A stretch of DNA of 64,000 nucleotides from Entomortierella parvispora E1425. Lineage: Eukaryota; Fungi; Mortierellomycota. The notes beneath the pieces were generated by a model. That model was given only the letters and a program-made list of their open reading frames with translations. It was not told the origin of the DNA and searched no databases. Numbering within the stretch: position 1 is the first letter of the stretch; every line of letters begins with the position of its first letter. The DNA lies in contig BQFW01000004.1 of NCBI GenBank assembly GCA_020891255.1, positions 1,550,001 to 1,614,000 of the forward strand. Direction: 5' to 3'. Below, in pieces: positions 45,601 to 58,438 of this stretch. A program made the translations under genes and the position numbers.

Positions 45601-48600
45601 GAGCGTTGGCTTGGCAGGGGTCGTGTCGGATCCATTGCCGCTCCCAAGCTGACGGAGCCCAGGGGGAGGAATAGAGCCGTTGTTGGAATTCTTACGACTT
45701 CTGGTACCGGGTCCTGAAGGGGAGTTGTGGCCATTGGTGTTAGACCCAGGAACAGAGAGTCCAGCCGCCTCGGCCTTTTTCTTGAGTTTCTCCCGCAATC
45801 CAAGGTGATGATGGCGACCCTCATCTTCATTATCGCCAGAGTCCTTGTCTTTAGGAGACCCGTTCTCGTCGTCCATGCCGAAGTCGTCGTCATCATCGTC
45901 ATTGATTTCTTCTTCAGGCTGCTCAACCACAACAGTGTGGCAGAGCGCCAAGATTGTAAAAAAGTCGCGGATGTTGCTCGCAGGCGATCCGTCATGGGCG
46001 CCTCCAGCAGGTGTAGAAGTAGCAGGGGGTCGGTTGGAGGTCGAACCCTCATCATTCCCACTGTCTGAGGTCATGGCGGTAGTCGTGCTCCTGCTCTCGG
46101 AAGAGGTGCTCACTCCAGCGCCGCCAGCGTTCATGTCCCGCAATAGCTCTGGGTCCGCAAAAGTGAGATCCTCGAGTGCATCCATATATGTGGGTTCAAA
46201 TGTCTTTCGGATCTCCTGCTCGTATTCTTTCAAGACGGCATCCTTGTTGTTCTGGTGGGAACTGGAGGGATCCTGTTGTTGTTGTCCCTGACCCTGACCC
46301 TGGCCCTCCGGACCCTCCTGAGCCATAAGCTCAAGGCCCTTTTCAGCATCCGTCTGACCAGCAACGGCGTTGTTACCATATATCTTGCCGTTGATTGAAC
46401 ACTTTTTGAACTCCATAATGTTCCTGGTCAGGGTCCCTGTCTTGTCAGAGAAGACATATTCAATCTGGCCAAGATCGTCTGTCAAATTCCACTAAAGTGA
46501 ATTATTTTTAAAGAAATAAAAGAAAATAAAGAAAATAAGAATTAAATCACCATGAGAGCAATAGTACCTTGATGGGTGTGGTTTAGCCTAAAAGGGAAGA
46601 GCTTTCTGGGTCCTGCTCTGTCTACACATCCCTATTCGTCGACAAGGTTAACGGGAAAACTTACAGTTTTTGGCGTGCAGAACTCATCCAGGTCCACGTC
46701 GTACATATCGCTGTCCTGCCAGATAAAGTAGGCCTGGAAGGTCTTGACAAACTCGATGGAGATATAGAGTGAGATGGGAATAATATTCTGGAAAATAATC
46801 AAACTCGTGCTAGAAGACAAGAAAAGAATTAGAAACGATGCTTCAATCAGGTCCATTCGAAAAGGTGCAGTAGACCCCTATTCCACGACTTACAAAAAGG
46901 TGATAACACCCTCAACGACAACCCCATACGTCGACATGTCCCAGAGTTGCTCCGCCGAGGTATCTCGCCAACGACGGTCATAAATACTCGAACCAACAGC
47001 ACAGACAATACAGAGCAGGAGCAAGATCAAAAAGTTGATGGCAACCTTCAAAAATGATAAGAGACAATGCATTGATTTAGTCACCAATGCAAACCAATAT
47101 TACGAAAGCAACAAAGAGACTGATTCTTACCTGAATGTTCATGGTCTTTTCGATGCGACTGCGTTTACTGGGGGTCTCTCCAGAGTTGAGCATGATCTTG
47201 GTCTCTGTTCCGGTGGCAACAATAACGGCGATTACCCAATGAGTGTTTCGCACAACGTGTCCGCGGAGCAGTGTGTTGTTGATGTCTACAGGCACAGTTG
47301 TTTCTTTGTAAATCGCTTTGCCACTTTTCGTCCTGACGGCCCCACTGTTAATAGGTCCAGAAGACTGTGCTCCGTTGATGGCACCAGGCCCCGACAACTG
47401 CTCCCGAAGAACACCCAGTGGCTGTGGCTGCTGACCCTGCATTTGCTGCTCATAGTTTGCCTTCAAAACAGACTTTGCCATCTCGCTCGCGCCTGCCATG
47501 CTGGCCGAGGTTGCGGTTCGGTAAAGACTGCTCCGTTTAGCGATAGCTGGTCGAGATGAAGGGTGCTGATCGTCCTGATCCATTTGCTCCTCTGGTTCTG
47601 GGCTTAGCTCCTGTTTGTCACCTCCGTAATTACTAGGGGATCCAGTAGACATATCCATGGCACCAGAAAGACGAGATCGGCGCCTATGAGATGGACTCTT
47701 GTGGAGTCGTGCATAATCTGAGGCAGCAGTGCCGCCTGAAGCTGCCTGGGTTGGGTGCTGACCCTCCACACTCAATCCAACTCCTTCGCCACCCTGGAGG
47801 GGTTCCACGTACGTTTCCTCGTTATCCTCCATGGAGCCTCGGACGCTAGACACCATACTAGAGGTAATCGAGGCTGCATATTGGCTGTTGCGATGTCCTG
47901 CAGCGTATCCTCCCGATGGGTTGCCAAATGCGCCGGCCTGCCTCTTTCGCGCCAGCATAGTCAACGATCCGTTGAAGGAGAACAAGTTGGCGTTGATGGG
48001 CTCCACGTCGATATAGCACTTGAGGCGGCTCATTCGACGCGCAGTGTTGTACTTTGAAGTCTCATGCAGCGAAGACCGCGTCTTTAGGTTGGTTTCACCA
48101 TCCAGATCCTTGGTTTCAATATAGCACGATCCTTCGGCCTCGGAGGTCGAGAGGATGATGGCGTCTGCAGGAACGGCCTGGTTGTTCTTGAGCATGATCA
48201 CATCACCGACTCGCAAGTTGTGCCATTGCTCTTTGATAAACTCTGGCTGCTTGGCGGGATCCTGTTGTTGCTGAGCGCCTGCGTCTGCTGAAGTGTCCTC
48301 CTCCATGGGTAGGTCTGCAAGGTCCAAGGTGGGGAGTTCCCGGCTTTGCTCTTTTGAAAGCTTGAGCGCCCTCATCGACTTTTCCCTTCCTGTGCCAAGT
48401 CCATGGGCGATCGAGCGCCATACTCTGGAGAAGATGCTCTTTTGTCTCTGAGCGGCCAAATGGCTCTCTGTCGGGTAATTGTAGTTGACCACGTTCTTCA
48501 GTTGGGGACAGAGTCGCTGGTTGAAGTTGCGGTCCTCGATGTGTCGCTTATAATCCTCAAATCCGTCTTTGATGGCCGTGACTCCGACGACAAAACAGAG

Positions 48601-49152
48601 GGGGAAAACAGTGAGGAAGGGAGAGCCGACGGTGAAGATGGGAGTGAGCTGGATAATGGCCATGAACAAGAAGAACATGTTGGCCACTCTGCGGAACTGC
48701 TCAAACAGGTTCTTGGGCAGGAAGGAGAGTGTCGTGTACTTTGCGGTGTTGATGCGGTTGGAACCAAAGGTCGTCTTGGGCATGCCGTTGCTGTCGAGAT
48801 AGGCGGCCGGAGGTGGGATGTTGACAAAGACGCGGCGCGAGTCCTTCTTGGTCTTGCGATGCGAGATCTTTGTGTCGGCCCTGGTCATGCCGCGTCTCAG
48901 CGGCTGGCCGTCTGCGGTCGTGGCATTAGCAAGTGAATTGGGAGCACCATGGGAGCTGGGCGATGCAATGGAGATCTGGCGCTGCAATTGGTGTGGCTCC
49001 TGAGCCTGCAGGTCCTGGCTATGCTCGTCCTCTTCTCCAATGGTCGACTGCTGGGGGATGTTGGCAACATAGTTTGGGTCCTGCAGGGGTTGACTGAGTC
49101 GCCGTTGTTGCCAAGGCGTCTTGTTGTAGATCCGCTTCAGGGTATTTACCAT
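42669..49152 (-). CDS. DNF1: P4-ATPase phospholipid flippase, DNF1/DNF2-like; exons 49152-47131, 47045-46894, 46809-46665, 46491-44180, 44079-42669
   Basis: DGETNLK, PISLYISIEFVK, WNLTDDLGQIEYVFSDKTGTLT, AESPDEAALV, VWVLTGDKLETAINIG and GDGANDVSMIQ. All splice phases are consistent. The subfamily assignment is by recalled similarity. Confidence 0.93.
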
Positions 49153-49199
49153 CGCAGACGGCACAGTGAAGGGAAGGGAAGGGAGGGATAGATGGGTAT

Positions 49200-49807
49200 C
49201 GGACGGAGACGAAGAGAGAGAGGAGAGGAGAGGAGAAGGGGGAAGGGAAGGGAAGGGAATGAATTAAAGAGAGAGTGAGAGAGTGAGAGAGTGCGATTGG
49301 GCGAGTGATTCTAATCTGTGGATGCCATGCAGCCGTTGGAGAATGAATTGCCAAAGGGAAGGAGGGGAGAAGGGGGAAGAAGGGAAGAGAGAGAGAAGGA
49401 AAGAAAGAGATGGAGAGAGAGAGAGAAAGAATGGCTGGTGTATCCCACGATGGCAAGCAGGCAGGCAGGCAGTTCCACAGACAGAGAGAGAGAGGGGGGG
49501 TTGGATGAGGGATGCTAATGGATGACGAGCAGAGAGAGAAGGAGAGAAGAAGAAGAAGAAGAAGAAGAAGAAGAAGAAAAAGACGATGAACGAGAGTCCG
49601 TCGAGATCCATTCTCTCTCATCTCTCTTTCTCGCTTGGATAAAGACCGACAAAGATTGACTGCGCTGCGGTTCCTTTTTTTTTTTTTCTCTTCTCGTTTG
49701 TACTCTTGTGTCCTTGGCGCACTTACGACCAACGCTAATTTATATTTGGCCAATTCAAAAAGTAGACAGACCGACACCCTCCGGGTTCGAGAAACGGACT
49801 TTTGGGC

Positions 49808-49841
<34 letters not shown>

Positions 49842-49882
49842 TCAGTCTGTTGGTCTGTCGTCTGGCTGTCTGGCTGTCTGGC

Positions 49883-49915
<33 letters not shown>

Positions 49916-49920
49916 GACCA
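49200..49920. repeat. Microsatellite cluster upstream of the flippase: (GA)n, (GAA)n about 49545-49578, (CT)n about 49809-49840, (CTGT)n about 49884-49916
   Basis: Simple repeats are directly visible and generate several spurious ORFs. Confidence 0.85.
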
Positions 49921-51658
49921 GGGCTGTTTGTTTGCCTTCCTTCTTCTCTCTTTTCTGTCTTCTCTTTTCTCCACCGATACAAGAACCGCAGCCCTGAGTT
50001 TTCTCTGTCATCTCTGTGTCTCTGTACATGTAGACTACCTGTTTGACCGCTCTCTTCTTTTACATGGGTACAGTGAATCAATTGAAAGCCCCTCCCTTTC
50101 CTCGTGCTCGCCTTTTCTTGTTTCGTGCTCATTCACAAAAATTTTGTGGAAAAAAAGGAAGCAGCAAGCCCGGAGAGCCGGCCGATCGAGGATGACCATG
50201 TTTTCTAAACTTGAGCGGTCAGAGCAAAACAAAAAAAATAGTCATCATCATCATTGCTACCCTCATTGTTTATGTAGGATTGGCCCTGCTTTGCTGCACC
50301 CCTGTCTCTTTCCCTCTCTTCCCCCCCCCCCCCTTCTCCCATCCCGACCACATTTCAATGGCAATGGGCTTTCCGCATCTCACTCCCAGCAAGCAGTCAA
50401 CATCAATAGTACCGCTGCAAAAAAATAAAAAAATAAAAGACCTGTCGAGACTCACCCACTCACCCACGCCCAGTTGTCGATCAACGAGTATGTGCAAGCT
50501 CATTTCTGAGGTGGGCAATTCCTGGTATTTCTCTTTCTCCTATTTCGCTTTTTACTCTCCCTTACATACGCAAGGATCGATGTTGGTGTTGACATCATCC
50601 TTGTCCTTTGTTTTAGGCCAACATACCAAAAAAAAATCAGGCACAATCGGAAATGAACTGCGACGCGTGCATCTTCGAGGGTTGCACGAAACCTGGCCAG
50701 CCCCGGGAGACTGGGACCCCCTGTTGCTTGGAGGACCCTGTGGGGGGCCTCTCCCAGCTTCAAAACCAAGCCACCTGACCCCATGCCCAGACGCACGGTG
50801 CAGTGGGCGCAAGCTCAACTCTCTTGCCCGCGCACTACCCCTACGCAGGGCAAAAAGTGCCTATTGGCAGCAACAATCGTTCCACACATCCTGGAACAAC
50901 TTTATCTCTTTGGACTCACTATTATTTTGAAGTTGGCGCGGTACAACTCTTCCTTCTTCTGAACCCTCTCCCCCCTGCTAAAACATTGCCTTTCTGGACA
51001 ACAAAGCTGTTCATTGCAACTGCGTAGGAGAGCTGCGCCCTTGGTGGGGAAGAAATGATCAATTGAGAAAATTATCGGGTTGGGGTGGGGACAAGGATAC
51101 GGAATGTGCAAGCATGCAAAGAGTATGCGCGGTAAAATGATGGGAAAAAGGGTCGTCAAGAGAGAGAAGGGTCGTCCAGAGATAAAAAGATATGAGTACA
51201 GGGTCCCTTTGAGTGTTCTCTGGAAGCAACGATAGGGAATGCTGCCGCCCGCAACCCGGTTACTCCCACATCCGAAGCGGTCGATTGGTCCGTTCAATTA
51301 CAGATAGGCATGTGCTTTTTAATTGAACATTCAGATAAACAAAAAAACCACATGAGCCCCTCTGTAATTGACCAAATATGGGATCCCGATTCGAAAGGGG
51401 GTCTCACAGCCCTGGAGTACCTTTGGCCTACAAAAGCAGACGGTGGCCTGTTTGCCCCTCTCTTTTCAATCTTTTTGTTCGTCTACCCTCTCTCCACTCC
51501 ATTCCCCTTCGAAAGCTGACAGGCAGTCATCTTGTTTGCCGCACCACCAGGTATGAACTGCTACCGTGCACAAAATTCTCTCTAATATCTTTTCCTTCAT
51601 GATCTAATGCCAGCTTTTTTTTTTTTTTTTTAGCTGCAGTGCAAACAGACCTTTTTTG

Positions 51659-51689
<31 letters not shown>

Positions 51690-51704
51690 TATCTCTTAGA
51701 GAGA

Positions 51705-51929
51705 ATGGATAAGTACAAGATCCTCACCATTGTGAACTTTGTCGTGGGATCGACTGCTCTTTCCTTCCAAATCGGCGTTTTATACCCTTGGCATCACCAA
51801 CTGGATGGTGACTTTAAGCAGCTGGAAAAGCGCCATGAATCTCGACTGCAAATATTCCACGATAGAAAGTGGGAGAAACTGAACGAAATCGACTCAAAGT
51901 TAAATGTGCTTCTCAGTAAAAAAGAATAA
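51705..51929 (+). CDS. Small (74 aa) single-TM plus coiled-coil protein, uncharacterised
   Basis: MDKYKILTIVNFVVGSTALSFQIGVLYPWHHQLDGDFKQLEKRHE. The NF.V...AL.FQ..VLYPWH..LD..F pattern recalls a conserved small fungal protein family. There is an ATG after a pyrimidine tract and a clean stop. Confidence 0.6.
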   Translation: MDKYKILTIVNFVVGSTALSFQIGVLYPWHHQLDGDFKQLEKRHESRLQIFHDRKWEKLNEIDSKLNVLLSKKE

Positions 51930-52122
51930 GTTCTGCTCGCACAATCATCTTTTTTTGTTTTGTTTTGTTCCTTCTTTCTTGCTATCAGTCAACAAGGACC
52001 AGTTTGTTTTCCGTTAGAGACATCATCTTCCGGTGTGGGCGCACGTTCAAATCGAGCTCGCAGAGTAATCATCATTCAATTGAACATTGTGGGGAAAGCA
52101 CTCTTTCGCTGTCCCTCTCTAT

Positions 52123-54779
52123 TTATTTCCTTTGGTGTTCAAGCTGAGCATCACTGTCCAACAGACCCCTTCCAAAGCCACGACTCATCCGCCTTCCAAC
52201 CTTGGTCGTCGCCAGGATGCCCGAGGAAGGATTCACCTTGGCCGCGTTCTTGGCCGAGTTGTACATCCACAATCCCCAGAAGGTCAGGCACACGCCCGTC
52301 CACTGGGTCGCTCCCAGCGTTTGGTGGAAATACACGATCGAGGCCACAATCACCACAATGCGCTTGATCAACGACGCGATCGAGTAGGTCACCGGCGACG
52401 TCAATGCCAGCACCGAGAAGGCAAAAATGTTTTGGAAAAAATGCGACACTCCGTTCAGGAAGAGCAGCCAAGAGATATGTCCCCATCCGGATCGTTCCAC
52501 AGTATGCCCTGCAGCTCCAGCTCCAGCACGCATCCCGTCACCCAGGGGGTCCTCCCCAAACATGAGATGACCTCCTTCGGCATAGAACCACATCGGGATC
52601 ATGCACACTGCCGCCATGGTGGACGAGTAAAACAAAATGTTGATCTTGTCCAATTTGGGCATCTGGCTCCCGACCTCATCGACTGGATCCAGACCTGAGC
52701 CAGAGGCTGATTCCCTGTTGCCCAGACCGCCCATCCCGTGAAGCTCCTGATGCTGCTGTTGCTTTGTCTTGCTGCTCGATAGAATCTTTTTCGTAAACAC
52801 ATTCTGGGTCACAAAGACCAAGGTCGAGAGTAGCGCGCAAAACAAGCCCACGAGATTGTTGAATTCGAGCGACATGCGACAGGCCAGCATCACCCCTGCG
52901 GTCAAAGGCACCAGCGACAGATACACCGCTCTGCTATAAGTCGTTCCAAGAACCACGCGATAAAACAAGACCGTGAACAGCGGTGTCAGTGCCTATGATT
53001 AGACACAAGAAGAGAGAATGTAAAAGATTACAACGTTTAGTATCCATCCAATTAAAATATGAATCCTGGATCGCTGACCCAATGTTGTACGATCCCACGT
53101 TCAATGAACACCATGCAGTGCTCTTTGTGCCTCCACGCTCTAATGAATCAAAAACATTGCTGGACACAAAGAACGCGGGGATGACAATTCGCATTCCAGG
53201 TCCTGGTTGGGCCAAATTAAGGAATAACGATAGTTGCGATCGCCAAGTTGACCCTTTTTTTTTTTTTTTCTTGAGCTTTAAAACATGGGTGCCGCCCTCC
53301 GGAACAATCCTTGGTCCGTATAAAAATGGGTTGAAAAAAAAATAGAACAAACAGTACCTTCACAGTGTGCACAACGGACAAGGGAACACGGCTGATGGCA
53401 ACGCTCGAAAACACATGACCAATGACTTGGAAACCGACCAGAGGTGCTGTCAGTTGCACAATAGCTCGTGAGGGGGAACGGAGTGTTGTCATCTTGAAGA
53501 CCGCGCCAGCCATGAAACAAAAGACGGCCATGAACCAAAATTGCACAAACGTCAGGGTGACCGGGTAGCTGAACTGGTTCAAGATTTGCTTTCCAAGGTT
53601 GTTGGTCACCGCGGACGAAAAGTACCAGGACAGGCAGATCAGAGGCAGTTGTGTGGCCTTGTACACCTTGGCAATCAACCCAAGAATGGAGCTGGGTCCC
53701 AGTCTAGATCGAACAGACGATCTAGGCGCAAAGGCACTCACGGTGGGGCCGCTTGGTCCTGACGCCTCTGGGATGGTCGACATGCGACTAGAAGGTAAGC
53801 TGTGAGAGCTGTTGGGTGAGGTTGGTACATTCACGGCCTCCATTGCTGACTGAACAACCTTGTTGAGGGCGGGAGGCAAGAACGAATTCGTGTTTGATCG
53901 AGCACTCTTCTTTTGCATATCTTTCTCGTCCTGCCAAAGGAGTTGCTGCTGGTGCTGTTGCTCGTATTCATTCTGTTGAGCCTGAAACAAAACGCGCCCG
54001 CCCATTGTCGTGGAGGACGTAGAGGCTGCAGTAGCAGTTGTCGATGCTCCCACACTGCCATTCATATTGTAGATACTTGATCCTGCCAATGGAGATGTCG
54101 AGGATGAAGGCTCAAACAGCGAAGGAGCCAGTTTGGGGCCATGGGCAGGTGGGCTGGAGAGATAGGCCTGTGTTTGATAAGCAAGAGGTGATCGGGTGTA
54201 AGGCGCGTTGCTGTTGACGCCGCCTTGGATCCCACTACCGTTGTTGGAGTGGATGGGCGAGGTAAAGTTTGAAGCAAGAGTGCTTTGGAAGTCTGGACGG
54301 ACGGAAGGGGGAGTAGAGGATGAATGACTCGCATAGTGATGACTGGAGGAGGTGTTGGTCGGGTGAAGCTGTTGTGGGTGACGGGCCTGGGTGGGGGAAA
54401 GAGAATGTGCACTGGGGGATAGGGTCTCTGGAGGCGAGGATGCCCCTGAGGACATGGACGTTCTCGGTGTGGGGAGTTGCTGGATACGGACACTCAGGGG
54501 CTGGTCTGGGTCAGCACCCACACCGCTAGAGGAGCCGTCGCTGGAGGCGAACGCGAACGACTGCTGGTGCAGAAGAGCATCCGTTGGCTGGTGCGGTTGG
54601 AACTGGTGCTGACGATACTGCGACGGGTGGACTGGGAGCTGGTTCGGCGCCGACTGTGACTTTGGGTGGAAGGAGGTCGGTCCACTGGAGATACCGGTGG
54701 TTGAGGAAGCCGACTTGAGATAGTGACCTTGCTGCTGTTGGCCAGGCGAGAGGGCGGACGCAGTGGTGGCTGCAGCCAT
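52123..54779 (-). CDS. Triose-phosphate/nucleotide-sugar transporter family (SLY41/SLC35E1-like); exons 54779-53358 and 52992-52123
   Basis: LICLSWYFSSAVTNNLGKQILNQFSYPVTLTFVQF, VPLSVVHTVK / ALTPLFTV, and SPVTYSIASLIKRIVVIVASIVYF, preceded by a long disordered N-terminus. Confidence 0.88.
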
Positions 54780-56085
54780 AGAGAGGAGAGGGCAAGGAGA
54801 GAGCTGATGGAGCAGAGAGAACGAGAAAAAGAGAGGAATGAGAGAAGGATCAGAATGAGCCAGAGAAGGAGGGATGGAGTGGCGATGAGGAGGGTGGCAT
54901 GAATGGGAATGCGAAAAAGAGAAGAGATAGAAGAGAAGAAAAGAAGAAGAGAGAGAAGGAGATAAAAAGAGAAAGGAGGGAAGAGAAGAGAGGATGTCGA
55001 CGACAGGGCAGACAACGTGCGCGCACAGAGCGACATGCTGGATGGGCAGTAGGATAGGATGGGGGCAATAGCATCCACAGATAGAATGGCAGGGCAAGGG
55101 CCAAGGGAAGGCAACCACACGACAGAATGGAGACCGAGGATGAGTGGTTGTTTCGTTCCTCTCCCCTCCATACATGTACTCTCCACCATTCACTTTCAGT
55201 CGCCTTGCTCGTCTTCTCCCTCGCCCTGGCGCGCGCCCTTGGCCGGGTTTTACTCGACGAGACAGAGACACACAGGTGTGCGCGTTCTAAATATACACAT
55301 GTCCACGCCTAGCGCGCCCGGGTCTTGCCATGCTCTCTTCTGTGGGATGAATGGATGGGAGGTCAACGGGACGAACAATCCGCTGCGGGCGTCCAGTGGG
55401 AACAGAAAGTGGCCAGACCAGACCAAGGCGCGTCCCTTCTTGGGCGATGTGATGCGTCTAGGCGAGAAAGAGGCGACTTGCTCCGCGGGAACCCTTGAGC
55501 CGGTGTCCGTTTCTGTCTGCTTCTCAGGTTTTCCTTCAAGATTGCTTCCCTTGAAGATCCTTTTGGGTGCAGATGAAATAGCCCTCAATGAAAAAAACAT
55601 CGATACTCTTTCTTCTTTTCTCTCTTTTCTTTTTCCTTTCCTTACTTCTTCGATGCCACTCTTGGAAACACATCCTGCCTCTCTAAGCCCTTAGGGCAGT
55701 CTTCAACATCTCAGAACCCGCCAGGGAGTGTATGGATTACTTTAGCCCATTCAATATAACTATCCTCTATTTCTTGGGCTTAGATACCATGCACGATGAT
55801 CAAGAACGACAGGAAACTTCGGTATCAGTGACAAAAGCTGAAGCCATTCCACCCCCCTCGACAACGACAATTGCCTAGATTTCAAGAGACGATTGAGCTA
55901 TTTGATTGCAAAAGACCTACGAACAGCATCCGAGCTAGGTCTACTCTGTCAGAACTTCTTTGCACGTTGCGTTTGGGACAACACTAGAGAGGCTAGAACA
56001 GAAAGAAAAAGATACGAAAGAGTCCTACGGGGACGCGATGGGCGTTCCAACATCAAGGACTTTTGCCAAAAGAAACAAAAAGATG

Positions 56086-56157
56086 GGGCTCAACCGGGAA
56101 TTGAACCCGGGACCTCTCGCACCCAAAGCGAGAATCATACGACTAGACCATTAAGCC
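56086..56157 (-). tRNA. tRNA-Pro (anticodon TGG), intronless
   Basis: The reverse complement GGCTTAATGGTCTAGTCGTATGATTCTCGCTTTGGGTGCGAGAGGTCCCGGGTTCAATTCCCGGTTGAGCCC folds to a cloverleaf and is followed by a T-tract terminator. Confidence 0.95.
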
Positions 56158-56203
56158 TCAGAACTGTTGTGAGGAGTGAGATATTTTCCTTTTTGTACGG
56201 GAT

Positions 56204-56247
56204 CATCAACTATCACGTGACTACACTGGTCACGTGATAGTTGATGG
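56204..56247. promoter_or_regulatory. Perfect 17-bp inverted repeat (10-bp spacer) with a TCACGTGA E-box in each arm; third CACGTG at about 56250
   Basis: CATCAACTATCACGTGA - TCTACACTGG - TCACGTGATAGTTGATG, located upstream of the tRNA. Confidence 0.7.
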
Positions 56248-56373
56248 GCACGTGATTGTATTCCCTTTTTCTGGAAAAAGCGAGTCTGCCAGAACATGAA
56301 CACGCTCAGAATTGGAGCCAGCACAGCCACTGAGAGCTCGCCAGTATTAAAGAGCTCTATTGATTTTCTCATA

Positions 56374-57915
56374 TCACATCCCAACGTCCTGTGGATTCCT
56401 TGGTGTTGCCTGCCAAGACGTTGCCGCGCACGCTTGTGGGCCCCTTGGCAACGAAGACGGTGGTGGTGTTGTGGTCACGATATTCATTATGTCCTGCTTT
56501 AACCGCTCATTCCCCCATGGCATGGACTCTGGATGACCCACTGCGGAATCTTTTGCTTGTGCTGCCTTCTCTGGGACAATTGGCGCGTATTGTTGATCTT
56601 CGTTAGATAGCAATCGTTGCGCAAGTTTCCCATTGACCGACATCACAGAGTTGCCTCGGTAAAGTTGAGGGTTGTTGTGGGGGGACCCGGGCAGTGTTGA
56701 TGATGGCGTCTGCGCCAGGTGAATGACCTCCTCTTCTTTCCCAGCCTGGGACCGTTTCCTGCGCCGAGTCCAGAAAACAAGAGCGGCAATCAGTATGACA
56801 GCGACTGCCCCTCCTGATCCTCCCGCGATGGCTCCAACCTTTGACTTTCCAGGGGATCCAGAACCCGAGTCGGGCAAGCTAGGGCCGGGACTGGAGATGG
56901 GGCTGGGGATAGGGCCAGCCGGAACAAATGCTTGCTGCCAGGCACTCGCCGTGAGACTGTAGACCGACACCAACTCTGGGACTGGGAGACGCCCGCTGAC
57001 ACTTGAGTATCCTCCGTAAAACACCAGATTGTCGCCTGATACCGCGCAGGTATGCCCTGCACGCTGTCGCGTTACTCCACCATCAGGTCCCTTTGTCCAT
57101 GTCGATGTAGCCACGTCAAAGACGTAGATGTCGCTCAAGACTGTTTTGTTGGCACCTTCGCCGCCCATCAGAATCAGCTTTGTACCGCCATAGGCTGCTA
57201 CCAGGCAACTCACAGCACGAGCGGGTGGAGTAACACTTCCGGAAACCGTTACCGCTGCCCATGCCGGACTACCATAATCCAGTTTTGCAAAGGTCGCAAA
57301 TACTTCGTTGACAATCAGCCCTCCGAAGTAGAACATCGCCTGAGCGCTGTCGCTCGCAACAATCGTGTAGTACTGGTGACCATCTACGTCCGTGAACCGC
57401 GGTTGCGTTGATTGTGTCTCTGTGGTCGGGCCGAATCTCATAGTAGCATTCCCATTAAGGGTGGGCAGTGCTGCTGCAGGGATGACGAGCTCGCCTGTGG
57501 ATGGGTCCCGTGCTGCCGCCAAGGCCTGCACGCCATTGAAATTGGCAACGGGGTTCTTCTTGGTGAGTTCCTGACGGTTGAGGTTGTAGGTAAAGTAGGT
57601 GTTGTTACGGATTGCTCCCCAGGTCACACCGTCCAGCAAGAGGGCGCTGGGATAGACGTGTCCATCGAGGCCGTTTTTCAGCTGCGTGAAGGCTGGGGCA
57701 GTGACATTCCAGGCCGTGGCGAGGCTGATAGAGAAGGTTTGAGTCACCCAGGTCTGTAAGCCATTCGGACGTCCGGACTGGATATAAAACGCACGACCTT
57801 CGATATAGATGGAGGCAGAGCCCCAGGTTGATTGTGGAGTAAATGAGGTCTGCGCGAGGGCGACATGGAGGAAAATGAGGCAGAGAAGGATTGTCGAGAT
57901 AATCCTGGCCATCAT
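56374..57915 (-). CDS. Kelch-repeat type I membrane protein (signal peptide, beta-propeller, TM helix, cytoplasmic tail)
   Basis: Signal peptide MMARIISTILLCLIFLHVALA. Kelch-like GG motifs (MFYFGG, KLILMGG..LSDIYVFDVATSTWT, RAGHTCAVSGDNLVFYGG). TM segment IAGGSGGAVAVILIAALVFW followed by TRRRKR. Confidence 0.85.
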   Translation of the reverse strand: MMARIISTILLCLIFLHVALAQTSFTPQSTWGSASIYIEGRAFYIQSGRPNGLQTWVTQTFSISLATAWNVTAPAFTQLKNGLDGHVYPSALLLDGVTWGAIRNNTYFTYNLNRQELTKKNPVANFNGVQALAAARDPSTGELVIPAAALPTLNGNATMRFGPTTETQSTQPRFTDVDGHQYYTIVASDSAQAMFYFGGLIVNEVFATFAKLDYGSPAWAAVTVSGSVTPPARAVSCLVAAYGGTKLILMGGEGANKTVLSDIYVFDVATSTWTKGPDGGVTRQRAGHTCAVSGDNLVFYGGYSSVSGRLPVPELVSVYSLTASAWQQAFVPAGPIPSPISSPGPSLPDSGSGSPGKSKVGAIAGGSGGAVAVILIAALVFWTRRRKRSQAGKEEEVIHLAQTPSSTLPGSPHNNPQLYRGNSVMSVNGKLAQRLLSNEDQQYAPIVPEKAAQAKDSAVGHPESMPWGNERLKQDIMNIVTTTPPPSSLPRGPQACAATSWQATPRNPQDVGM

Positions 57916-58348
57916 GATGAAGCGGGAATGGACGTTGACGGCAAGACAAGAGAGATGACCGATTCAGCATCAATGATGAATGAAGACGACATGGTGGGGA
58001 GGCAGAGGGCGAATGGCATGTGAGCTTTCTGTGGTGTCCATTCACTGCCCCATTTCCCCCTGGGTTCTTCCGCGGCAACAAAAAAAAAGGCACAACCGAG
58101 CGCAAACAGAAGCACAAACACAGTGTTTACCTAGAGAGCTCCGCCCTTCGCCCGCTCGCATCATGGAGGAGCCGAGATATCTCCCAAAGCTCGATGGGAT
58201 ATCAAACTCAGGATAAGCGATTTCAGTTTCTTTAGTTCTGGTTAGGAGACGGCAATAGCGATGAAAAGTCATGGTAGGAGGATTGAGGAAAACATGAACG
58301 CGCCGAGTGAAAAGGCGCGTTCACAAGGTCCGACGCCACCAATATCAT

Positions 58349-58381
58349 TACATCACGTGATAACGTGATGTAGGTCACGTG
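58349..58381. promoter_or_regulatory. E-box cluster with a 10-bp inverted repeat upstream of the second tRNA-Pro
   Basis: TACATCACGT-GATA-ACGTGATGTA followed by GGTCACGTG. Confidence 0.6.
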
Positions 58382-58438
58382 CATATATTGAGATCCTGTA
58401 TAAAGAGGAAAATTTTTCATCCTTCACAACAGTTCAGA

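Noticed and set aside
49019-50428. Long ORFs (336 aa, 208 aa) upstream of the flippase
   Set aside because: They are translations of microsatellites (QTDR, LSLS repeats) with no domain content.
53217-55271. 684-aa ORF as the full transporter
   Set aside because: The first about 165 codons are pyrimidine-rich UTR-like sequence and the tail is intron read-through. The spliced model from 54779 fits the family.
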